A model generated the notes under the pieces. The model was not told the DNA's origin. It was given only the letters and a program-made list of their open reading frames with translations, and searched no databases. A DNA stretch of 63,021 nt, the filler included, from Stramenopiles sp. TOSAG23-3 (taxonomy: Eukaryota), in the NCBI GenBank assembly GCA_900128585.1. It is 3 parts of 3 records of this genome, joined end to end, with 100 filler letters (N's around TTAATTAATTAA, not from the genome) between each part and the next. Parts side by side here need not be neighbours in the genome. Positions count along the whole stretch, not along the records: positions 1 to 21,065 come from LT642363.1; 2 more parts are not named here. One strand, given 5' to 3'. Both the position numbers and the translations under genes were made by a program. This document shows positions 1-10,568 of the stretch, in pieces. The stretch's first letter is position 1; every line of letters starts with the position of its first letter.

Positions 1-267
1 TTTTTTTATTTCACAAAAAATGGTTTAGTTTATTTTCACTATACCAATTTTTATAGGCTAATATTACAAGTACAAAAAACATTGAATTTTATCGCAAAAA
101 CTTAAAATACGGTACAACAAAATTGTGATTTTTGAATACTCAAGGACTCCCAGCTATATGCAGAAAGGAGCTACGGAAGAGTTCACATATCACTCTACTA
201 TGAACTTTTCGAAAGTGAGCAGAGATTGGGATTCTCGAGCACATGGAAGATTGTACTTGCGTAGAAA

Positions 268-1044
268 ATGAAACTGCCTCAAATAACAATCGTGTTGGGT
301 TTCTTTTTTGCTGTTGCTTACATCAACAGATACAACCATGTAACTATTATTACTACTAAAGAGACTGGTCGCCAGAGCGTCTTATGGAGCAAACCTGCAA
401 ACGCAACATTTTTTTCTCCGGCTTTGATTGATACGACTACCAATGCGTCGTTACGAGCACCTAATCGAACCAACTCTACAAAACAAACCGCATTGTCCTT
501 TGCACCAAGGACAAACACACCACTTCAGAAAAAAATTGAATGTTCGTCAGATTTTGCAATCCAAAAATTTAGACAAGAAAAAGGGCAAATAGGAAAGTTG
601 TACGAACATCCAGAAAGATTTCCAAAAAATGCAATTATAATTGAAGCTGGTGCATTTTCGGGTCGTGATGCAAAAGTATGTATAGCAAATTCAAAAAACC
701 GTGGCGTTAATCTCGATGGCATGCAATTCCGACTTTATGAACCTATGCAAGATGCATATAACAAATTGGCATCATTTGCTGACAAATTATCCTTTGTAAA
801 GACTTTTCCAGCAGGCATTAGCAGCCGCAACACAACTATGTGTATGAACATCGATGATGTTTCCGATGCTGCTGTTACCAGAGACTGTGAAAATGTGAAA
901 ATAAAAACAAATAAAAAAAAGGACACTTTCAAAGTAGTCGATGTCGCGTCTACGTGGAGTAAAACAGAACAAGTGTACCTAGAAGAGGCGTTTTCTTACA
1001 GCTATAGGCACAGGCGAGTTGGAAAATCTGCTTTCTCGAATTGA
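268..1044 (+). CDS. Signal-anchored FkbM-family (Methyltransf_21) methyltransferase-like protein, apparently C-terminally truncated near nt 950
   Basis: N-terminal hydrophobic anchor (ITIVLGFFFAVAYI). SAM-motif-like IIIEAGAFSG, then LYEPM and FPAGIS, as in FkbM. The expected C-terminal D-L-L-K-I-x-x-E-G-x-E segment is missing and the ORF runs into the next gene. Confidence 0.55.
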   Translation: MKLPQITIVLGFFFAVAYINRYNHVTIITTKETGRQSVLWSKPANATFFSPALIDTTTNASLRAPNRTNSTKQTALSFAPRTNTPLQKKIECSSDFAIQKFRQEKGQIGKLYEHPERFPKNAIIIEAGAFSGRDAKVCIANSKNRGVNLDGMQFRLYEPMQDAYNKLASFADKLSFVKTFPAGISSRNTTMCMNIDDVSDAAVTRDCENVKIKTNKKKDTFKVVDVASTWSKTEQVYLEEAFSYSYRHRRVGKSAFSN

Positions 1045-3824
1045 TCGAATGGAAAACGGAGACAAACCGACGGAGGCAAAGAAACCAAAACGAAAAAAAA
1101 ACACGGCCAATGCAAAACACAAAGCCGAAGTCTTATATCGCAGCAAAGCCGCAGCTGCTGCGAAAGAAGCCAAACGAATTAAGGCCATGATGGACCGGCA
1201 AGCGCGGGAAGTGGCGAAAATGAAAGCGTCAAAGAAGAATGAAAAGCACGTAATGAACAAGCTAAACCGTCAACTAAAGGAGAAAGACGATAAGATAAAA
1301 GAACTAATGGACGAGAAGAAATCTTCACATTCTAATGTGAGTGACGACAAATTAAAAAAACACCGCAAAATCTCGACTGATCGACGCAAACAAGACATTC
1401 AGCAAAATTGACCCCAACTTAGCCGGTATATCTAAAGACGAGCTCATAACACTACGACGGGATTTGCGCACGAGCGAAACATCAAATGCCGCGACAAAAG
1501 CACAGCTAATTGAGCAACATTCGAGAATAGAACACCTGCTGAAAGAAAGAAATGAGTTGTTGGCAATAGCCGCTGATGGACAGGTAGACGAAGAAGAACA
1601 GAAGCAAGTTGCAAAAATGTTCGAAGAAAGCGCAAAGGAAAGGAAAAATATGGAAACGCGCTACAGGTTTTTGCAGCTCGCAAACGAGGAAACATTCACA
1701 AAGCTAAATGAAGCACTGGATAACGTGCGCAAGAACGATACAAATATCGGAGAGTTGGAGGAAGAAATGGGCCGTCTGAGAGCCAAGTTACGCAACAAAG
1801 ACGGGGAAGCGAATACTGCGGTCGCATTATCAGAGAAAGCCCGGAACAGACTTGAGCAAGATTTGAAACATTCGAAGACGGATTTGATGGCACTGAAAAT
1901 GCTGACAAAAATGCTGCATGATGGGACAATTCGCCGGGACAGAAAAATTGTGCGGCTGAGTGATGAAATCGTGGAACTAAAGAAAGCGATAAAGTTACGC
2001 AAACAAGAGCTCAAAGAGCTGTTTCTATCTAACGAAACGTTTTCCTCAAGTTTTATAGCATCGGCCCACGAAAGCGAGCAATTAGCAACACGGCTGCGTT
2101 TTTGGCGCCAAAAATATGATTCGGAAGTAACAAATCTTATTCAGAGCTTCGACCAGAAGACTATGACATTAAAAGAAGAACAGCAGAAGAAATTAAATGC
2201 TATACGAAATAAATACAAAGCATTGGTGGAGGAAAGACAAATGGAAAAGGTGAAGCAAGCGCAAGAGTACCGGGAAAAACTTGAAAATTTGAATTTGGTT
2301 AAGAATGAAGAAAAGAGACAATTGGTGCTACGAATGCAAGCACGATTGGATGAGTATGCAGAGGACAAAACACAAGCCGATCGAAAATTAGTTGTGAATG
2401 ACATAAGGCTTAAAGAAACGATGGGTAAACTAGAAACAGTCGAAGAAGAGCTGCAGCAGAGCAGAGTTCTATGTGCAAATTTAACATCTTCGATTAAGAG
2501 TTTGGATTGGGCAGCCCTCACGTTACATCGACAGAGAGCGATAACGCTTCAGTGTTTAGCGGATGTAGCGCAGAACTTTTTTGTAACGCACCGCAGAAAG
2601 GCAGAGTTAGAACAAAGCTTTGGTGGCCTCACAAAAACGGACATCCTACTGCACAGCAATATGTCAGATTTCCCCCCCGAACACAGTCATGGGCGCCAAA
2701 ATGAACACCGAGATCTTGTGAACAATCACTTGGGCTTGTCCCCAAGAGGAAAGAGAGGAAATTGCAGAGTACCCCAGTACATGTCTCTGATGCACCTGGC
2801 TAGTGGAAACGATATTCGTCGTGGGCACGGCATCAAGCAGAAACTAATCCAGCAGTCCCGGCCACTTCAGACCACAACACCCAAAAAGACTTTCAAGAAG
2901 CGCCAGCAGGCTAAACACATAGTACTTAAAGCCGCAAGTTTTGGTCCTACCCCATCGGGTACGTACACAAAAACGGTGCAAGGGAGTGAAAACCAATTGT
3001 CTGTTTCGCACCCAGAGGGCAAAACCCCAATGAAAGAAACTTTCCCACTAGGTCTAAAGGGTACAAAAGAGCCAACGGGATTCGGTAGTGAAACCGTAAA
3101 AGCAGTACTGCAGTATCTTTGCACTGCTACAAAATCATACGCTTCCAAATTCGATGTTTATAATGCAAAAAAACACAGCTACAGGGATACAACAAGTAAT
3201 GCTCCCACGTACCGATCCTCAATGCCGTTGATAAACTTCAAAGCCTTGACAGCAATCGTGATTGACCACCACCAGGAAATGCTGAAGTCGACAGTCACCG
3301 AACTGAAAAAATCCGGTATCGGAATGGTCCATACAGCCAGGACAATTGAAGTCGCCCGGTCAGTGTTTGCAACAAAAATAATCGACATTGTTTTGATACG
3401 ATATTGGATGCCAGAAGGAACTGCAGAAAAGACGATCAAGAAATTGTGGGGAACCAGCGCTTCTTCACAAAATGCTTACACTGCCGGGCCTGCAAACTTG
3501 CGATTCTGGAGCAAAGCTCTTGAATCGATTGTAGTGATTACCACTTACGACCCACAATGCCGGGCTGAACAAGATGCAATTTTTGCTGCAGACGCAAGCG
3601 GCAAAAGGTTAAGTAAAGCATGGACAGGAGGAGGGTCTATGAGGCAAATAGTAAAACCTTTGAATGTGCCGCTCACCGATTGCCACGCACTTTCATTGCC
3701 CCTTGAACCGCACAGCGTAAAAAAAAACGAACAAGCTGGTAACGCCCGTCAGGGAAGAAACTCACTAGAAGAGACTCTTTACAAAGCCGTCTTGGGCAAG
3801 CTCTGTAAATCAATAGCAGTGTAA
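1002..3824 (+). CDS. Large coiled-coil protein with C-terminal degenerate response-regulator receiver domain; ORFs 1019-1411 and 1464-3824 are probably one gene
   Basis: Continuous K/E/Q-rich helical sequence in both ORFs. The frames join by removing one A from A7 at 1354-1360 or by a 58-nt intron at 1337-1394 (GTGAGT...CTGAT...AAG). Receiver-like C-terminal motifs: AIVIDHH, VHTART, DIVLIRYWMPEG, IVVITT, IVKPL. The 5' boundary is uncertain. Confidence 0.65.
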
Positions 3825-3929
3825 TGTGCCATCCAAATTAGGGTGGGACGTGAAGCCGCTTTGGACGATGAAATCCCTTTTTCTCTATCTTCAAAAATTC
3901 ATAACAGGAGCAGATTCACATTCACGGTA

Positions 3930-4470
3930 TAGTACTTGTCTCACTCATAGATAACGCAAACCTTGTGTGATTTTCCAAGCACCAGCGTAAATGTTTTAGA
4001 GCTGCTCGTTGTCAGTCTTGTAAATCAGCCAAGGGATTGACATTTGTGGGTTAGGGTGGCGTGGGAGGGTTGTTCAGGTCGGTAGAGAGCATGTGAGCAA
4101 GCGGGCTCAAACCGAGCGGCGAAGCGAGCAATTGATGTGCCCTGAGGTTGAAGATACTGGTAGAGTCGGGGCGTCCGAGGGTAGCTGTGAGGCTGGGACG
4201 TCGCTGTTGTCTGCTGGGGCGTGGGCGTATAGTATTCATAAGTTTAAACTTTTGTCTCGGCAAAAAAATAAATTAGATAATAAAAACAAGAAAATTGGCT
4301 GTTATTTAAGTAATTAAATTTAGCTTCCTCATACCCTAATGATCTTCCAAGCAGCGGCTTAATTGTTTTTGAGGTGCTCGTTGTCTGTCTTGTAAATCGG
4401 TCAAGGGGTTGTCGTCTGTGGGTTGAAGTGTCGGGGAAGGGTCGTTTGTGTCATTTTCGGTCAGCAGTGC
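3930..4470 (-). mobile_element. Two decayed copies of the dispersed CAAGAAAATTGGCTG element (terminal motif at 4287)
   Basis: Terminal motif at 4287-4320. About 3970-4055 and 4345-4460 are paralogous to each other and to 16545-16660. The minus strand reads PLADLQD*QRAALKHLRWCLENHTR. Confidence 0.75.
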
Positions 4471-4612
4471 GGTAGACGAGGTTCGTTGGCGTGCCCGTCG
4501 GGATCTCGTCCAGATAATAATACAGTTTTTAGAGAAATTTCTTTTAAAATTTAACTTTAAGGGAATTTGTTTTTATTTTAAATGTGTGTAGGTGTGATTC
4601 TGCATTTTCGTA

Positions 4613-6256
4613 TTAAACATTTCGCACCCGCGCTCGAATGATATACTCACTGTGTCGACCGACCGGTACCCCAGGGTACGACGTGTCTGGTTGAAAACAG
4701 CCAACGCCAGTTTCACCCCCAACGATGTAAATCGAATCATTGCTGCCGATGATCATGGAAGGGTTCAGGTTAATCGGCAACGGATCGGTCCAAAAAAACT
4801 CCCGTTTCATTATGTCGTACACAAGAACCCCATTGGAGTAATCGTACTGGTTTACCTTCTGCCCAAGGTACGGGTACTCTTTGGGCACATCTTTCCGTAC
4901 CGTTGGGCTAGCACCGTGAACGGTAATGCTCGTCCTGTACCCGTAACCCCCCAGAAGGACCACATAGCGCTTCTGGAAGACAGGCGCGCTCCCCCAATTC
5001 GAAGTCACAAACGGGGTGTCCGGGAGTCTCGACCATTTCCCATTCTCGATACTGTAAGACCAGTTGTCTAGCACGCTTTTAAACGTGTTTGTAGACCCGA
5101 TTGACGTGCCAGAGGTAATGCCGCCAAAAAGATAAAGGACATTGTCCACGCACGCCAGCGCTCCGTTCATTCGTGCGTTTCCGGGCAAATTTGGCAGGCG
5201 TGCCCAAGACTCTCGCTTCGGGTCATACTCCCACGAGAACGTTCCCAGTCCCTTGTTCTCATGCTTGTTGTCGTGGTCGGTATGAAACAACTCGGAATCA
5301 TAATCGGCCCCGCCAACAATGTACACCTTCCCATTGCCGCACGATACAATTCCCATGTAAACGCCTTGGTTAACGGGCAAATCGGGAAGCTTTGACCATT
5401 CAAATAGACCAGTTTTTTTATCACGCTGCAACCGGTAGCCGTCTTTTCGGGCATAGGCGTTTGATTTTTTCTGTTTCAGCATCTCCATCGACGCATTGGA
5501 AGCCAGTGGCGTGTAACTAAATCCCCCCCAGCAGTACAAGGCCCCAGAGTCTTTGCCAACGTTTGCACATTTGTGCCCCTGTCGAGCTCCGCCGGGAAAC
5601 CCAGGAAGGGGTTTGTCCCAAACATGGTCAACAGTTACAGGGACATTCCCATTCGCTTTCCCTCTTAATTCAAGGGCAAACGAGTCCGCGTTAAACCCCC
5701 GCTCCCCACAACAGTAATGAGCCCGGAATTCATGGTTTCCCCCGCAAAAGCCGCCGAACGTGACCAGACGATCGTGTACGATCCCACCCCCACTGTCTTG
5801 GACCCCCTGCGGCAGCGTCGCAATTATATCGTACGAAACCCTTACAGGCGCTTTCGCGTAGTGTTCGTATTTTAAATTAAGCTGCGACGGGTAGCCCCCC
5901 AGGCTCCTGGAAAAAGTCGATCTCAACAGCCCGTAGCCCATGGTGCAAGTTCGTTCATCTGGCGCTATTCCAAGTTTCTGAAAGGAGTTTGGATACGAAC
6001 CAGGGGACGTTATCGGCAACAACTTGAAGAAAAATGTTTTCCAAAACTTACTCTGGTACCGGTACGGAAGCTGAAAGATATCATCGTCCGTCAAGATTCC
6101 ACCGCAGAAGTCAGCACCGTTTTTGCTTGCGAGAAAGTGCGTGGTATGGTCCAACCGATTCTGCCGAAGTGGAGTGTCCACCACATTTAGGGAAGTTAAC
6201 TGTAAAACAACCAGAAGTAAAATTAGAAAAACGACCCTCAAAACCGTTTGCCTCAT
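4613..6256 (-). CDS. Signal-anchored kelch-repeat beta-propeller protein (NanM/galactose-oxidase-like fold)
   Basis: First ATG at 6256, then a hydrophobic segment. Repeated kelch GG...Y/W...W units (LVTFGG, LYCWGG, VYIVGG, LYLFGG, VVLLGG, IYIVGG). Confidence 0.85.
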   Translation of the reverse strand: MRQTVLRVVFLILLLVVLQLTSLNVVDTPLRQNRLDHTTHFLASKNGADFCGGILTDDDIFQLPYRYQSKFWKTFFFKLLPITSPGSYPNSFQKLGIAPDERTCTMGYGLLRSTFSRSLGGYPSQLNLKYEHYAKAPVRVSYDIIATLPQGVQDSGGGIVHDRLVTFGGFCGGNHEFRAHYCCGERGFNADSFALELRGKANGNVPVTVDHVWDKPLPGFPGGARQGHKCANVGKDSGALYCWGGFSYTPLASNASMEMLKQKKSNAYARKDGYRLQRDKKTGLFEWSKLPDLPVNQGVYMGIVSCGNGKVYIVGGADYDSELFHTDHDNKHENKGLGTFSWEYDPKRESWARLPNLPGNARMNGALACVDNVLYLFGGITSGTSIGSTNTFKSVLDNWSYSIENGKWSRLPDTPFVTSNWGSAPVFQKRYVVLLGGYGYRTSITVHGASPTVRKDVPKEYPYLGQKVNQYDYSNGVLVYDIMKREFFWTDPLPINLNPSMIIGSNDSIYIVGGETGVGCFQPDTSYPGVPVGRHSEYIIRARVRNV

Positions 6257-7890
6257 CAAAACCACGCAAACTGAAGCCTCGGTTTTCGTCGCAGGGAGTG
6301 CTAAAGAAAGCAGCTGGCGAATTGTTGCCTGGGATTAACTCATAACTGCGCTGTTGCAATTGGTGAGGAAGAACAAGGGCATATGGTGCGATGACGCATT
6401 CAGTAAACAAAATAGAGAGAGAAATATCCGGAGGATAATATAATGTATAGACGACGACACGACGACACGACGACTGCAATATAATCGGGAAGAATAATAA
6501 ATAATTCTTCTCCACCTCCTCGTCGTGCTACTGTTTCAGTTCAATATCGAGGGAGAGGACGACAACATTGCGTATTATTATTATTATTTTAAAAAAAGTT
6601 CAAAATTGCACGAGTGTCCCTATCAAATTCAAATACTGTTCAATAGTAGCTATAGTTCGAAGTTTCTGCTTGTACATTAATGTGGTATAATACAGTTCCA
6701 TATGAACAGTAAACAGTAGATTCGATATTTTTGATCAGCTAGTCTAAGGCAATTTCGAGCGGGCCCTCGGTTGCTCCTTGATAGGCCGGACGAACAACGA
6801 ACAGTTATCCGCAAGGCACAAGGATAAAGCTATATAAGGAAGGATATTGGAATAAAATATACAGTATGAAAGACATTCAAAGATTGTGGTGGTGGTTGTT
6901 TTTTGATCAGTTGTTTGTAGAGTGTGTGGAAGGCGAATTTTTTACGCAGGAAAAAAACTTTTCAAATGCAATGTAATAATAATAAAATAATAGACGACCA
7001 AAATATACATTATTCTATTATATATTTTATTATTAATAAATACCGGTACGTACAGGTATTATAGGTACCTGGTACCTTTCGAATTCTTACCATTTTTTAT
7101 TATTATTTACAGAATATTTATTTTTTTGACTTTTTATTAAAAACTATATTTTAGAGTTGTTTTTTATTTTAAATTAAAGAACTACTTGAAATATTATTTA
7201 TATAAAATATGTTTTTACTACTGTAACAAAAACACCACCACCATGGCATATTAATATTTTATATTACATTACTACATTACTACTCCAACTCTTCTTTATT
7301 ATACGGTAAAATACCACCTTCGTAATGTCAATTATTATTTAGACGGCGACTTTTTTATTTTATTATTATTGTTTTGATCGGTTTGATTAATTTAATTGTT
7401 CTTCTATTATACTACTATTATTACCAGTAACTTGTTGATATCATATGTATATAATCTCAAATATTACAGCAGCAGTTAGTCGTCTAATATTAATTATTAG
7501 TTATTGTGTGTTATTATTATTATAATTATATTTTTAATAAAGAAAAACACCGACACGAACTAACAAATGACAACCAAACAAAGAAATAAAAAATGAACAG
7601 CCGTCTACCTCGACAATAACTGTTATTGTTGTGATTAAACAAACAAAAGGGAAACGCCATTCTAAAATCTGGAAAACGGGCCGCCCCAGTGATCGGTGAC
7701 ATAAGAAGTTGTCTCATGCAACCACGCCAGTCGGCATTGAATACGCTTGTCTACCGTGTCTGGACTCCCTCGCCGCGCTCTTCCGTGTCGACGTAGCAGA
7801 AAGAACCCTTCGTTGCCTTTTGCGCCCCCCCCCCCATTCAACCTCACGCCCACTGCACACTCCGCCTTGTATTGTCTAGAAATCGCCACG

Positions 7891-9027
7891 ATGGAAATAG
7901 CAAACAAACGTCGGTTGACGAAGAAAGAGAGAAAACGATTGGCAAAGGAAATGGCCAAAGTAAAGCTGAGCACCATGTCCCCGGCCGAAGTTTTGCAGCA
8001 GAACCGACCGTATTATGACGAACCCCTGTGGGTCGAACACCAAATAAAATATTATGAATTCAACAGTTACGAATTTATCAAAGACTTGTCGTTTAAAGAC
8101 TACCCTTGCACCATTCTACTTTTCAAATTTGCAGGGGAACATGTTCTCCGGGGTGGGGGGGGGGTTGTGGACGGCTTTATGTTCCCCCATGTAGAGACGA
8201 TGACGACGCTCCATTCGAAACGGCTAAATATCATCGAAACGCTGTGGAACAGGTTTTTGGCCATGTTCGAGAAGTACAGCATAAGGCACACTGTAATTTA
8301 CATGATGCCCCACGTCGCATTCGAGTTAAAGTTTAACATCTTCAACTTCGTTTCCGCGATCTCCCCAAGCTGCATAGCGCAGGACCTAAACCTGGCGTAC
8401 GTCCCCGAGGCGGGGAAGTCGATTTCTACGTGCGTGAAACGCGGCGCAAGATCGCTGATAAACCAATACTGCAAAGGGAAACTGTACAATGACGCAGGGA
8501 TCGATGTTTACTTTGGCAACGTTCCAGACGGAGTGATGAAAAAGATGGCCGATAAGCACTACTTGCTGGCAAAGCGGAAAACAAAGCCTCAAGTTTGTTG
8601 GGACATTTTGGAAGAGCTTGTTACCCAGAAGAAAGCCATCCTCGTAATGGGCAAGACCAAGGTCGTTGGGGACCATCCAGGGGGCGGCAGTGCAGAAGCC
8701 ATCACGGAATCGTATAATTTTGTTTACTTCTTCGTCTCGAAGAAGTTTTCTTACTACGCATTGAACGCGTGCTCCCGCAATTCTCCCATTTGTACCGTTT
8801 TGATTTACAGGGCCATGCAGTGGATATTTGACAACGGGGGGCAATTTGTAGACTTTTTTGTCCATAGTTCTTGCAAGTTTTGGCACACGAACCAAAAAGT
8901 GATCGATATAGCAACGTACAAAGAGTCTTTGTCTAATGTGATATTCCCGGGCTACCGATTGGAGTGGAGTGCGGACAACGCCACGAAGAAGGAAGCACAA
9001 TCATCTGAGAATGATAGTCAAGACTAA
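7891..9027 (+). CDS. FemAB/GNAT-like acyltransferase-domain protein
   Basis: First ATG at 7891. Segments DLNLAYV...CVKRGARSLIN and FVYFFVSKKFSYYALNACSR...LIYRAMQWIFDNGGQFVDF resemble FemAB-type GNAT folds (recognised by eye). Confidence 0.55.
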   Translation: MEIANKRRLTKKERKRLAKEMAKVKLSTMSPAEVLQQNRPYYDEPLWVEHQIKYYEFNSYEFIKDLSFKDYPCTILLFKFAGEHVLRGGGGVVDGFMFPHVETMTTLHSKRLNIIETLWNRFLAMFEKYSIRHTVIYMMPHVAFELKFNIFNFVSAISPSCIAQDLNLAYVPEAGKSISTCVKRGARSLINQYCKGKLYNDAGIDVYFGNVPDGVMKKMADKHYLLAKRKTKPQVCWDILEELVTQKKAILVMGKTKVVGDHPGGGSAEAITESYNFVYFFVSKKFSYYALNACSRNSPICTVLIYRAMQWIFDNGGQFVDFFVHSSCKFWHTNQKVIDIATYKESLSNVIFPGYRLEWSADNATKKEAQSSENDSQD

Positions 9028-9276
9028 GTGACAAGGGTATGTCGATTAGTAAGACCAAAAGAGCAAAGATAAGTTCGCAGTTCATGAAGGAATGCAAACC
9101 TAGAATGTCTAAATCTAGATGACCCGATAAAAAAGACCGACGAAAAAGCAATGATAGACTTGGATCGTTAGAAGATACATTAAAATAAAACAAGAAAATT
9201 GGCTGTTATTTAAGTAAGATAATTAAAATTAAATGTACTGTGCGAACTGATCTCTAAATTTAGACATTCGAGGTTT
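9002..9276. mobile_element. CAAGAAAATTGGCTG-element copy overlapping the 3' end of the upstream gene
   Basis: 9002-9071 is nearly identical to 61704-61773 and similar to the reverse complement of ~50850-50890. Terminal motif at 9191. Confidence 0.8.
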
Positions 9277-10568
9277 ATAATCATTTTCATTATTTTTAGT
9301 TGTATAATTTAAGTTGTATACAAATCAATACCATTCAATCAAAGGCTGAACAAAAATAATGCATTTTAATTATTTGTCCCCCCTCCGTCGCCCGGTTCTT
9401 TTTTCCGAGCTCACGACACCCGCCCATCATCATACACATTTTCTGATTTTGTGGTATATTTATATATTTTAAGGAATGCTAATTCTGACTTGAGATATTT
9501 ACTTCCTTTTACTACATTAATTATGGTATTGAAATCACTACAACACCCTGTCATAATGATATTATCTATGCTCTGTCTTGTATAATGATTATACAATTAT
9601 ACTCCCCACTAATACCAATACCCTGACTTTAACTCTAAACCAATGTATGTTATTAGGTGTATTATAATGCTATTTACTCATAAAAAGTGTTCCCGATTAC
9701 ATTCCAAAAAATAATTGAGTACGACGGTGAATGAAACTTTGTGATTGACGCCTGTTATTCCTATGCTACGTTTGTCTTTGTGGGACGTTTTCTGATACTT
9801 ATATAGGCATTTGTAGTGTATACTTAACAAACACAAGTACATCATATGTTGTGTATTTGCTATTTATTTCCCTTCTTGTGTTTATATACACGTTACATAT
9901 AATCTCCAAACGACTGTGTGTGCCTGTATTAAATTGACGATTTTAGTAGGTGAATACAATTATCATACACTTTTTTTCATTTTACATGGGAATAGCATAT
10001 GTATATATAGTCACGACGTCACCACGTGTTTGCTGAAGCATTTTTTTCTTCGACTGGTTGTTGCATGAGCAGTGCGCCGTGGCAAAAAAAAATGTATGAC
10101 GTATGCTATTCCTATGTAAGTACAAAAATTGTTGATGTTGGAACAAAAATGTTTAGTGCTATTAGAGGTACTGAAAAAAATAGAAAACTGCCTTAACATT
10201 TTTAAACATCTAATACTGTAGTATTACGCATGACTATACATAAACACAATATAGACTAAAAACTCCACAATGGTAACCCTATACTAAAATTAGCAGGCAC
10301 ACAAAAACAGTTTGTGAAGTTGTCGTTTACTCTCTTTTTTCCCTCCTCTTCTCCTTTCAACAACACCTCCTCCCGCCGTCCGCTTCCGCCGCTACAAATG
10401 CAAAAGAGTCCGACAGTCCTTTACGTGTCTCGCGACGCAGGCTCTGGCCTCTCTCTCCCCCAAGATGCAGAAAACAAGTTCTTCACACACGGTATGAAGC
10501 ATCGTTGAACCCACCGTTCCCCGCCTTCTTTGAGGATTCAGTAGTGCTGGGCCGTTTGCTCCCTGGCA

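Noticed and set aside
1351-1362. Programmed -1 frameshift at the A-run
   Set aside because: The downstream ORF needs +1; the -1 frame hits TGA within a few codons.
7747-7890. TTG/GTG-initiated N-terminal extensions in the ORF track (also 6265, 14236, 24980, 29431, 33406, 35918, 48458)
   Set aside because: Eukaryotic genes; the first in-frame ATG was used instead.
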